From contig NC_068983.1 in NCBI RefSeq assembly GCF_001194135.2, forward strand, positions 67,251,249 to 67,315,248: DNA of 64,000 bases, read 5' to 3'. Position numbers and translations under genes: made by a program. The stretch is from Octopus bimaculoides (lineage: Eukaryota). The notes beneath the pieces were generated by a model. That model ran no database searches and had not been told where the DNA came from. It saw only the letters and a list, made by a program, of their open reading frames with translations. Positions 1 through 11,940 of the stretch are shown here, piece by piece. Within the stretch, counting starts at the first letter, position 1. Each line of letters starts with the position of its first letter.

Positions 1-971
1 TATATATATATATATATAAAGGTGCATGCTTAGTGGTTTGTGTGTTGCACTTATGATTGCGAGATCATGGTTTTGATTCCCAGACTGGGTATTGCATTGT
101 CTTCTTGAGCAAAACACTTCATTTCGCATTGCTCTGCTATCATTTCATCATGTGACATGTCATGCACCTGGACAAGGAATGTCGATTTGATGGAGAGAGT
201 GAGTTTATATGAACACAAATATTTGATCACTATAAGCAAATCAACTTTGTGGTTGTTCAGCAAGAAATTTCAGAACACTCAGATATCATCTAACAACAGA
301 AGAGTTCATGATAATTGTATGTATATTTGTATGTCTGTATATAATTGCCAGCCTTAACACTGACTCTGTCTCTGTCTCTCTCCCCTTGTTCTGTATTTTA
401 TATTTGTACAAGAGAAGGAGTTGGAGCTGGAAGCTACATAAGTATATTGATAACTCATAAAAATCCATAGCTTTTCTAATATTTATTGATAATTGAATTT
501 ATTTCCTTATTATATGTCTGCAAAACAACATTTAAGCTTAATCACTACTTACTGTATGCGATCAACTTTCACAAACAAACTTCAAGTCAAAACTTACAGT
601 GTGTCTAGATTTCATGATTACACAATGATAACATTGATTTCCTTAGAAAATTGATAATGCTAATTTTCATTTTTTTTTTCCCTTCCACAGCTTTGCTATT
701 AACAGTTAAGGTTCTTCCACAGCTCTTTGTTAATGATGTTTGGAAAATATATTGTTCAATGAAACATTCTTTTAAAGTGCTTTATATAAGGAATGAAATC
801 ATCATGTTTATTGGTGAAAAACAATACTATTAAATCTGTACAATACTTTACATAAGTATCTGACTAGACATGTTACAATCTGCCCTCAAATATGTACTTG
901 GATACTTGCATAAACTATTGTAAGGATTTAATAATATTGCTACCTACACTTATGTGTGTGTGTAATATGTG

Positions 972-975
<4 letters not shown>

Positions 976-1035
<60 letters not shown>

Positions 1036-1040
1036 TATAT
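976..1040. repeat. (TA)n microsatellite; others at about 1-18, 2780-3020, 34965-35002, 43285-43350, 43520-43570 and 53935-53980
   Basis: Read directly. Confidence 0.95.
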
Positions 1041-1111
1041 CTTAGCTTGTACTTATCCTATGGACAGTGAAAATGAAATGGTAACTGAAATTATGATTTC
1101 ATGCTTTAAAT

Positions 1112-1369
1112 CAGTGGTTCTCAACTAAGGTCCATATGACTCTTGGGGGTCCATATAAGGTTTTGTTGCTAAAATCTATGCGCAGTTAATTGATTATACT
1201 TCTAGAATACACAAAATATGTTAACAATTTTTTTATGCAATTCAAAATAATATTTAATTATAAAAAATATAATAGGATTTTTGAAAAACATCATATGGCT
1301 ATGAGGCTCGACCTGAGTAAAATGGGAGTCAAAGGAGACCCCTACGTGAAAATGGGTTGAGAACCACTG
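1112..1369. mobile_element. hAT (Charlie-like) MITE, 258 bp
   Basis: Perfect 14-bp TIRs CAGTGGTTCTCAAC / GTTGAGAACCACTG; 8-bp TSD CTTTAAAT at 1104-1111 and 1370-1377; no coding capacity. Confidence 0.9.
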
Positions 1370-1919
1370 CTTTAAATGAATATTCAAATGATTATGCCAC
1401 ATTAACTAAATCCCATTGATTTTGGTTTTATATTTGTACATACAATATCATGTATGTCTAAGTACATACATATGTGTATCTATGCATATCAGCATGAGCA
1501 TATATATGTGTGTGTGTGTATACCTAGATTTCCTATATGTATATGTATGAATGTGTATTTATATATACATATTATTCAGAAATGTAAGATAAACTTACTA
1601 ATGTTTTACTTTTCCTCTACTATGGTCCCTTTCTCACTTCTTTAAGTTTACCCTTCTCTTCTTCTTCTACCCCATCCCCCATTGTCCCTTTCTTTCATTT
1701 CTTTATTCCTTATCACTATTCTATATCACTCTCTAGCTTTTCTCCCTCAGAAATCTAATACACACATTCTTGCTTATTGTAAAACTTTAGATAATGATAA
1801 CTGTCTACAGAAAAAAAAAATTCTTTACTATCATCTATATCTATTCATGAAATTAAATTTTGGGTGATTAATTTTGAGATGTATATAGGAAAGATGTTCC
1901 ACTTCAACCATAGGTGTAA

Positions 1920-2320
1920 ATATGAAGTGGTTGTGTGGTAAGTAGCTTGCTTACCAACCACATGGTTCTGGGTTCAGTCCCACTGCGTGGCACCTTGGGC
2001 AAGTGTCTTCTACTATAGCCTCGGGCCGACCAAAGCCTTGTGAGTGGATTTGGTAGACGGAAACTGAAAGAAGCCCGTCGTATATATGTATATATATGTA
2101 TGTGTATGTGTTTCTGTGTCTGTGTTTGTCCCCCCAACATCGCTCGACAACCGATGCTGGTGTGTTTACATCCCCGTAACTTAGCAGTTCGGCAAAAGAG
2201 ACCGATAGAATAAGTACTAGGCTTCCAAAGAATAAGTCCTGGGGTCGATTTCCTCGACTAAAGGCGGTGCTCCAGCATGGCCGCAGTCAAATGACTGAAA
2301 CAAGTAAAAGAGTAAAAGAG
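1920..2320 (+). mobile_element. tRNA-derived SINE, family A (near full length, internal TA/TG microsatellite)
   Basis: A-box-like tgtgtggtaag and B-box-like ggttcagtccc; 3' tail (agtaaaag)n; at least seven related copies in the window; CpGs retained. Ends approximate. Confidence 0.88.
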
Positions 2321-3020
2321 TATGTATATTTTTCTATAGAGTGTTTATTCAATATACTTCTCCATAACCTATGGATGATACTGTGTATTTTGAAAGGAGT
2401 TTGGGGAAAACATAATGCATGAACAAATCTAAAGAAAACAAAAATAGGCTCTTTAGAATAAAATAATACTGATTTTTTTCAAGTTCATCAAAACAGAATA
2501 TTTGTTCCAAAGTGTAGCTACAATCTGTGCCACTTACCAAAAGCAAAGCAGAAAAAATCCAGTTATTAAGGCAAACTGTGATGTAAAAAGTATTTATTTT
2601 CTATCCATTGGTGAGCTAAAATATACACAAAATTTTGCTATCCCTCATCAAATTTTCTCCCTCAAAAATGTAATGTAAAAACTTTATCTTGCTTATCGGG
2701 TTTATATTAGTAAAATGACAACTGTCTAGTAGATTCAATTGGTATTTTGCCTGCTATAGCACACATACGTACATACAAACTTGTGTGTATGCATACATAC
2801 AAGTTTGTATGTATGTATATATAAGCTTGTATGTGTATATAAATATATGTATATATGAGTATAAATATTACTAAGTTAATATATATATGTGTGTGTGTGT
2901 GCATGTATGTGTGTAAGTATATGTGTGTATACATACCTACATATATATGTATATATGCAGGTGTGTGTGTATATATGTATATGTAGGTGTGTGTGTGTAT
3001 ATATATATAGATATATATAT

Positions 3021-3406
3021 ACTCTTTTACTTGTTTCAGTCATCTGACTGCAGCCATGCTGGAGCACCGCCTTTAGTCGAGCAAATCGACCCTAGGACTT
3101 GTAAGCCTAGTACTTATTCTTTCGGTCTGTTTTACCGAACCGCTAAGTTACGGGGACGTAAACACACCAGCATCAGTTGTCAAGTGATTTGGTGGGGGAC
3201 AGACAAATAAACATATACATATATGTATATATATACATATATATGACGGGCTTCTTTCAGTTTTTGTCTACCAAATCCACTCACAAGACTTTGGTTGGCC
3301 CGAGGCTATAGAAAAAGACACTTACCCAAGGTGCCATGCAGTGGGACTGAACCTGAAACCATGTGGTTGGTAATCAAGCTACTTGTCACACAGCCACTCC
3401 TGCACC
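3021..3406 (-). mobile_element. SINE family A, reverse orientation
   Basis: Reverse complement aligns with 1920-2320 along its length. Confidence 0.88.
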
Positions 3407-4469
3407 TATATATATATATATATATATATATATCCCATGGTGGTGCCCCAACATGATTGCAGCCTTTGAGCTGAAACTAGTTGAAGTATTAGTGTTATAC
3501 ATATATATGTGTATATGTAGGTGTGTGTGTGTGTATGTATACACACACACAGGTATGCATATGTATATCATTAATCAGTGTTTACTGAGAGCTGTCATTA
3601 GTTTTAAATTAAGTTTGCCTACTTTGTTCAAAGATTTTATTTTGGGTGGAGAGATAAATTCTAAAATATAATGAAAATTAATTTTTGCAAAATAGAATGA
3701 TGCATTATAAATTATATAATAACATAATGGTTTCTGGGTACTATTGACTTCATGCTCCTATTTTTTTCCCATTATTGGAAATATTGATGATGACTTTAAT
3801 GACAGTTTTGCTTCATTATTTTAATTACATTTTTACCTTCTTTATTTACAAAATTGTTGCTGAATTTTATGATTCACATGCAAAACTTTATATCATTATG
3901 CGAATTTTTGATGTTACAAGTAATTTATTAAATAGAAATCCTACATCTCAAAGTGTCTCCATCAAATTCCTGATTGAACAATATTTTCCAAGAAATATAA
4001 ATTGTTAAAAATGTCAGTTATTTTTTGTTTCCATGCAATTTTGATAAACATATGGAGCAACTTTGGAACTTTACTCTTGTCACCATAGGTAATACCAGGA
4101 AATATGGCATACATACAATAATTATAATTTAGATTTTATCATATTTCTTGGAGCTTATTCAAAATGATGAAATAAATATTAATTTTCATAAGAAAAATAT
4201 TTATTACCTTAAAATAAAGAAAACATTCAAGAAGTTTTAAAAGATTGGTTACAAAATTACTTTCCCTGTCGATTTTATGCTATGGAAATTCACACACACA
4301 AATGCTTTTTTCTCTCTCTTACATATATGTGTTGTACAGTGGATTCTCCTGTCGATTTTGGTGTATGACAGTCCAACAGCCAGTTCATAGACTACCCACA
4401 CCAATGATTTGTCTTTGGTAGTGAAGGCTTATGCAGGACCAGCCACACATTTCAGAAATATTCTGAAAT

Positions 4470-4655
4470 TTTGGGGGAGGGGGTGTAATCGATTAGATAA
4501 ACCCCAGTATGCAACTGGTACTTAATTTATCAACCCCGAAAGAATGAAAGGCAAAGTTAACTTTGACGGAATTTGAACTCAGAACATAAAGACAGATGAA
4601 ATACCGCTAAGCATTTCGCCCAGCGTGCTAATGTTTCTGCCAGCTCACCGCCTTA
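4470..4655 (-). mobile_element. tRNA-derived SINE, family B
   Basis: Homologous to 44532-44745(+): gagttcaaattcc B-box followed by a ...ctttcatcctttcggggtcgataa..taagtacc-type central domain. Confidence 0.8.
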
Positions 4656-5559
4656 CATTTCAGAAATATTGATAGTAAAATGCCGGTGCAAATGTTTGCC
4701 AGAAATTCAATGAACAACATAGCTCAGACTTTTCTTTTAGAGTTCTCCATCTCCTAACTTAATTTCTTTCACCATGGCTTAGAGTCCAAACCAGAAATTT
4801 CTTAGTTCTCACATATTGGAAAAACTCAACAGGCATCTCATGCCATTTATTCCCTATGCCATTGTGGTTATTTGCCTCTTCAGTGATAGGTGTCCATAGG
4901 GCATTTTGATGCAAATCTACAAGGGTTCTTCTGAGGAACGCTTTATGGCATTATGTTAACACTGAACAAATGGAAAACAATATACTATGATGAAAGATAG
5001 AGTGAAAGGGAAAAAGAGGTAAATGGAGAGAGGAAGAAGAGGAATAGAATGATTCAGCGGGAAAAGAAAGATAATACAAAGAAGGTATGTTCAGGATAAT
5101 AAGGGTATCGACTTTGGGTAGATTTTAAGGTAAAAATCATGTAAGTGCCTTAGAATTTAGATTTCAGCTTTGTTTGTGTACAGAATGTTCTTACATTCCA
5201 AAAAACTATTATTTAGCATTGTAAAAAGACAGTATTTGTTATAAGGGGTCTCTTAGCTTAATGGTACTGAGTGCTGAGCTGGAATTTGTGAGGTACAAGT
5301 TTGATGCTCTGTGGAGACTTACAGGCCACTTTTTTCCCCGTCTTAGGGTATTTATCTGATTTTCAAAGCTGTCTTCATAGCCACCCTGCATTCAAGAATT
5401 CATTTATTTTCTGTTGAACACAGACTCACACAGCTCCTCTAAGTTTGTTTACACAATATTTGCAATATATCAACTTGTACAGCAGTCATACCTTGTGAGT
5501 AGTATAGCAGTATTATCATGAATTGTTACAAAGGCATACACACACACACACGCGCACAA

Positions 5560-7815
5560 TATGGTTGGTGGAAATAAGTAGAGTCATTTAGTATATTGAT
5601 ATATTTTATTATGTGGGTATACAGGTTGTACATGAGGGAGTCATACCCAATGACTGATGTAGCAGCATCGTAGTCAACTGCTATAAAGGTGATGCCTTAG
5701 ACAGGTATATTTACAGATGTATCAAATTCTTAGATCAGGCGATGAAAGTTACAGAGAGGGCCATAGCTCAACTAATTAGGACGAGAGTTAGTCTAGGTGA
5801 GATGCAGTTTGGTTTTGTGCCAGGGAGAAGCACCACTGATGCCATATTTCTAGTAAGGCAGCTGCAGAAGTACTTAGCCAAAGATAAACCTTTGTACTTG
5901 GCTTTGAGTTGACATGGAGAATGCCTTTGATAGGGTCCCATGATCCCTTATTTGGTGGTCAATATGGAAACTAAGGATAGACAAGTGGTTAGTGAGAGCT
6001 GTACAAGCCATGTACAGGGATGCCATCAGTAAGTTGAGGATTGGCAACAAGTATAGCAATGAATTCAAGGTACAAGTTGGGGTTCACCAAGAATCAGTCC
6101 TCAGCCCCCTCCTGTTTATCATAGTCCTCCTGGCAATAACAAAGGAATTTAAGTTGGGCTGCTCATGAGAGCTCCTCTGTGCTGATGATCTTGTTCTCAT
6201 AACCAGATCACTTCCAGAACTAGAGAAGAAATTTCAGGTGTGGAGGTGATGACAAATCAACAGGCCTTAGAGTAAATCTAACAAAAACCAAAGTCTTAGT
6301 AAGTAGGAAAGTGGACAAATCATAAATCCCCTCTGGTAGACAGCTTTGCTCAATCTGTAGAAATGGCCTAGGCAGAAACTCTATAAGGTGTACCAAGTGT
6401 AAGCTTTGGACACATAGGAGGTAGAACAATATCAGAGGAAGGTTATCTGGGAAAATAGTCTTTATGTGTGGAAGGTGCACAGGTACAATAAACGCTACAA
6501 ATGTACAGAAAATAGACTCCATCAAATGCCAGATGGAAAAGCTAGAGGTAGTTGATGGCTTCCATTATCTAAGTGACCAAGTCAGTAGTGGAGGTGGATG
6601 CTCCGAGAGTGTAGCTATGAGAATAGGAATAGGCTGAGCGAAGTTCAGAGAGCTTCTACTTCTGTTGGTTACAAAGGACTTCTCTCTCAGAATGTAAGGT
6701 AGACTGTATGATGCCTGTGTATGAACAGCTATGCTACACAGCAGTGAAACATGGGCTGTGACCACTGAGGAAATGTGTAGGCTTGTAAGAAATGAAGCTA
6801 GCATGCTTCGCTGGATGTACAATGTCAGTGTGCATGTACAACAGAATGTAAGCGTCTTGAGAGAAAAGTTGGGCATAAGAGGTATTAGATGTGGTGAGCA
6901 AGAGAGACAACTGCGTTGGTATGGTCATGTGATGTATATGGACGAGGACATTTGTGTAAAGAAGTGCTGATCTCTAACTGTGAAGGGAACCTGTGAAAGT
7001 GGTAGACCCAGGAAGACATGGAATGAGGTGGTGAAGCATGCTCTTCAAACATTAGGCCTTATGGAGGTGATGACAAATGACTGAGACCTTTGGAAATATG
7101 CTGTGTGTGAGAATACTCATCAGGCCAAGAGAAATCATAGTTGTGGCCATGCCGATATCATGTGAATGGTACCTGTGCAACATAGTCATGGTCACTGCCG
7201 GTGCCATGTAAACAACACTCATGCATCATAATCATGGTCATTGATGGTACCATGTAAATGGCCCCTGTGAATCGCCTATGCAAATGGCATCCATACACTG
7301 TAGTTGTGGTTATTGATGGTGCCATGTTAATGGCTCCTGAGAATCATGGTTGTTGGCAGTGCCATGTAGATGGCACCCATGAGTCGTGGTCATTATCAGT
7401 GCCATGTAAATAGCACCCATGAATCAGAGTCGTGGTCACTGCCAGTGCCATTTAAATGGTACCCATACATCGTAGTCATAGTCGTTGCCAGTGCCATGTA
7501 CATGACACCTGTGAATCATAGTTGTGGTCAAATTGCACCTGTGCATCATAATAGTGGTCATTGCTGGTGCCATGCACACAGCATCCATGAATCATAGTAG
7601 TAGCTGTTGCCAGTGTCATGTAAATGGTACCCATGCCAGTGGCACAGAAAAGTACCCATTATACTCCTGGAGTGGTTGGCATTACGAAGGGTATCAAGTT
7701 GTAGAAACCATGCCAAATCAGAGTGGAACCTGGTGCAGTTCTCTGGCTCATCAGCTCCAGTCAAACCAGCTAACCCATGCCAGTATGGAGGGTGGAAATT
7801 AAATGATGATGATGG
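5560..7815 (+). mobile_element. 5'-truncated RTE-clade LINE; decayed reverse transcriptase, 3' UTR and (GAT)n tail
   Basis: Across frameshifts: GVIPND, MQFGFVPGRSTTDAIFLVRQLQ, AFDRVP, GVHQESVLSPLLFIIV, LLCADDLVL, LRWYGHV, GRPRKTW; ends ttaaatgatgatgatg. Start approximate. Confidence 0.92.
7131..7635 (+). repeat. minisatellite of about 46-bp (and 40-bp) units, about 11-12 diverged copies, inside the RTE 3' UTR
   Basis: Approximate consensus CATAGTCGTGGTCATTGCCAGTGCCATGTAAATGGCACCCATGAAT, read by eye. Confidence 0.85.
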
Positions 7816-10800
7816 TATAGGGTAGCTAAGCTACTTTCAGTTTATATTCCAGTTCTGCATGTTATAAAATGTTTCAGTTCAGTTATTCTGAATAACTAAT
7901 GACCATATAAGGATGTGTTAAGAACTTTGAAAAGTTATTGTATGTATGTCATATACTTGCCTGAACAGGAGCAAAACTTTGGACTTTCTGTTAATAATAA
8001 ACTACTTTCCTGGAAACTACTCCCTGTCGAAGGTAGAACAATTGGCTATTGTAAATATGCTATTTGAAATTAAGACTCAGTGCTCATTGTGGAAACACTT
8101 TTGACTATAGTTCAGCCCATTTGGGAAAGATTTGAAGCTAACCTACAAGTGATCTGAATTAAATATCTGTCACAAGATCAGATGCTTAAAAATTTCGGGA
8201 CTAATTTTGGAATATAGTGGCAGGGTAATACATATTCCAGTTTCAAAGAAAATGTTTTCTCTGAGATTGCAGTCCATTACTCTACAATATTGTGTATCGT
8301 GGATCAATATATTTTTGTACACTTTTCATCCCAGTTTCTGTAGAAAATATTTTTTACAATGAAGTGTTGTTTCATTTGACAGTATCAGAGCAACTTGTTA
8401 GTCAAATAAGTGAGCTTTTACAAGGTTGCTTACAAGTTAAATGAAGATATTTGAGGCTTCATCAACTGTGTTTGTTGTACAGTAAATTATATTACTTTTC
8501 TTCTAAGACAGTGCCAATAACTTTTTCTTTCAGAAGACTTCCTTTTATTAACTCTTGCTTTTAGGCAACTTTGTTCTTTTATCTTTGCTCAATATTTCAT
8601 ATTAGTCTTTTGGCAATATTGGGTTTACAACTATAGCTCATCTTGACTTCATTGAACAACACATGATATTCATATTTGCTCAGTAATTGTCTCTTGTTCT
8701 ATTGCTCATAGAATTCATACTAAATGGTAAATAAAACCTAATAATGTTTCACTCTCTATTTTGTGTGTGATAGTTATTTATGACTTAATTAAACACTGCA
8801 ACTTATTCATGCAGACTGTTTCAGTACATTATCCACATCTGTAAAGCCTCCTCTGAACAACTGTGTAATGGCAGATGTCATTAACAAAACACAACTTTAT
8901 GGAAATATATATAAAATTAGGACCACAATGTCAGAATAAAGGATAAAGTAGTTCATCAGTATGGTGGGAAAAACAATAATCTTCCCAAAAATTGTGTATG
9001 TATGTATGCACATGCACTTGCAAATACATGCACATTAACATTGTCAGATTTATCTTTCACAGATCTGGCCAAATTCATGTTTCATGTTTAGCCAGCATGT
9101 ATCAGCTATCCACACTGTATGTCCAAACAAAAATAGAATGTTTTGTAACTAAATTATTTGACTTTTTGTAAAGTAATATTCCAAATCTAATTCCAGTCAA
9201 ATTTTAATCTCTTCTGCATCACTGTCATACAGTACAATACTTTATACACATTTTTTCCAAATTTTTATTTGGAACAAAGAGAAATAGCCCTTTTTGTCAT
9301 GTAAAAGGAATTCCTTGAATATTAATGATTCATTCTCTAACCAATATACTATCCATATAACCACTTGAAATTTTAATATCAACTATTTAACTACCTACAA
9401 ATTATGTAACTGAGCAAGACTCTTTCCCAGATTCTTATATTCTACCTAGAGATTGATACTTTAAGCTTTATCTTCAAAGTCTTAAAATGTTTATCTGTAA
9501 TACCTAAAAAAAGTCTACAATAAGTACCAGATCAATCATCACCATGTGATGTTTTTTCAAAATTATTGATTTTCAAATTCCTTTGTGATTGTTACAAGGA
9601 GTACAGTTAGAAGATAAGAGTTGATAACAGAATCTGAATGGATACACTAATTCTCATAGGAATCACTGTCAATCTGAAACTTGCATATAGCACTCTCATA
9701 TATGATCTTAACTCTTTTATATTTGGCATTCAGCCTCACCAATTTTTTGCAATACCTAATGTGGAAGCACGCATGCATACACATGGAATGGGGGGGGGGG
9801 CAAATATTTGTATGAGTGAGTTCATATAGATATATAAATATAAAATATTTATAAATATTTGCCTTTAACTTGATTTCTAAATCTTATTTGGAAAGAAAAG
9901 GCAGAAATTGCATGTAATATTCTTTTACTTGCCTTTTTCTGAGATCATATTTCACAAAGGAATTATCTTGATAATAAAATATACAGAAAACTTATTAATT
10001 TCTTTAAAATTTCCCATTAAATAATCTTTTAAATACTCTGTCATCCCAAAAAACAAAACAATAAATTTTCCTTACTTTAGTTTAAGAAAATAATTCCAGT
10101 TATCCTCTTGTTCACTTTTTTTTTTTAACTTTGAAGATTTTGGTGAAACTTTTAAATTTCCCACAGTACACATCTTTTACATATATTTGTAAATGTTTTG
10201 TTTGTTTAAGACATTGCCATGTATACCTTGTTAATATTCAAGTTTAAGCAAACTCTTGTAATATAAATATATAAGCACTGTTAGGTGCTAAATAGGTTAT
10301 TTTTTATGTATTAAAATCTTACCATCATACAATCTAACAAAGCACTGATTTTTATCATACCAGTATATTTTAATGGCTACTTGGATTGGTATATTTATAT
10401 GTGTGTATATAATTGTTTTATTATTAATATTTCATCAGTTACATAATATTCACTCTAAATTATTCACAACCGATTCTATTTTTTTTAGCATGCACCTGGA
10501 GTATGTATAATACTTTTTTACTCCCTTGTTCACATAAACATGTATATACTACTGCAATATATGCATGCATACATCTGTCTACATACATATGTATGTATGT
10601 ATGTATATGTAAAGTAGCATGCCCCACCTCTATTATCTTATACTCATGAACTTTAGAGTGAAGTAACCAATGGAAAAATAATTAAGGCAAATTAAAAACT
10701 ACATTTTGTAGAATGCATGAATATGTCTTATCCAATAGAAGTATAATTAGACATGAAGAATCATTAAACATATACATACATATCATTGCATATTATTTCG

Positions 10801-11299
10801 TGTAATTTTGGTTTCATTTTGCATGCAAATACAAATATACATCTGTTAATTTTGCTATTGCTTTTTTTTTTTTTTTCAAAAATTAAATTCGTATAATTAA
10901 CATTTGGTGTATTAAATTGTTTTTATTTTGTGCTAATGAGCCATCAAATGTAAACACAGAAATGCTTTTATCTTAAAACAATCATGTACAAAATTAACAT
11001 ACTTGCATAAAATTCATTGTTTTGTTTTAATATGTTTACTTTTCTCATTTTTGTATATTTTGTTTGTTTATTTTGTTGAAAAGTTATTTTGTTCTCTGGC
11101 ATTGGTTCTCTTTTTATTTTTGTAATCTCTAGAATGAACTTACAGTTTGTATTGTTTTATTATCATACATATTGCATAATACATTGATTAGTTCTTATCT
11201 TTATGAATTGAATTTAAAATGATTTTGCTACAAATTTCAGCCTTTATTTTATATCTAGATTTTTAACAGTTAACAGCTTTTTTATTAATTTGTTTTTAT

Positions 11300-11940
11300 A
11301 AATGGCAGCTCCTAAACACATTTATAAAGAGTGCAACTGCCATTTCCACTTCAAAATAGATCCAAAGTTGATGTAGCCTCTCAAGATGTGGAAGTCATAC
11401 CTCAATCATGCTCTACTCATATTTAAGTGAAAAGAAGTTTATAATTAGTTTCCTATTTCTTTAGAGTTATTGAAGTATGGATAAAGAAATTCATCTGAAT
11501 GAACATTATAGAAATAATAAGCTGATCAGAGGAGGAAAGGCAGACTGAAGAGATAGATACACTAGATGTTCAGCAGCCTCAACACCTGTAGGTTAGTGTC
11601 TGTTGGAGGATAGAATTCCAGAGTATCTCAAATTTTTAGAGTGGATCTTGGAGAAGAGACAGAGTAGTAATAATGAGGAGGCTTATGTATGGAACAAATG
11701 GGCCTAATTGGAGAGAATATTTAAATAGCTAGTTCAGAAACCATTGTAATATCAATAGAAGGATCAAAGAAAAGAAATTACCTGTCTTTGAGATAGTAAT
11801 TTAAGCTTGCTAGTGATTGAACCTTTGCCAATCAGCTGAATGTTTTTTTGAATTAGCTTTGGAGAGGGTTTAGTAACTGATTGATGAAGTTTATGAGATG
11901 TGTAGAGTCATCATGAGTAATGAATGTAAGGACTAACCTT
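11300..11940 (-). mobile_element. highly decayed CR1/L2-like LINE fragment
   Basis: Minus-strand HDDSTHL resembles YADDSTL; layout similar to 44830-45650. Weak. Confidence 0.35.

Noticed and set aside
51-3671. Short ORFs with YIYI/HTHT/CVCV runs here and elsewhere in the ORF track
   Set aside because: Translations of (TA)n/(TG)n microsatellites and SINEs.
4998-5090. Purine-rich stretch ending in a strong aag|gtatgt donor
   Set aside because: In-frame TAG at 4998-5000 and no pyrimidine tract for an acceptor.
7131-7635. Repeat array as a CRISPR-like structure
   Set aside because: Eukaryotic intron; contiguous diverged units without unique spacers; lies within a LINE UTR.
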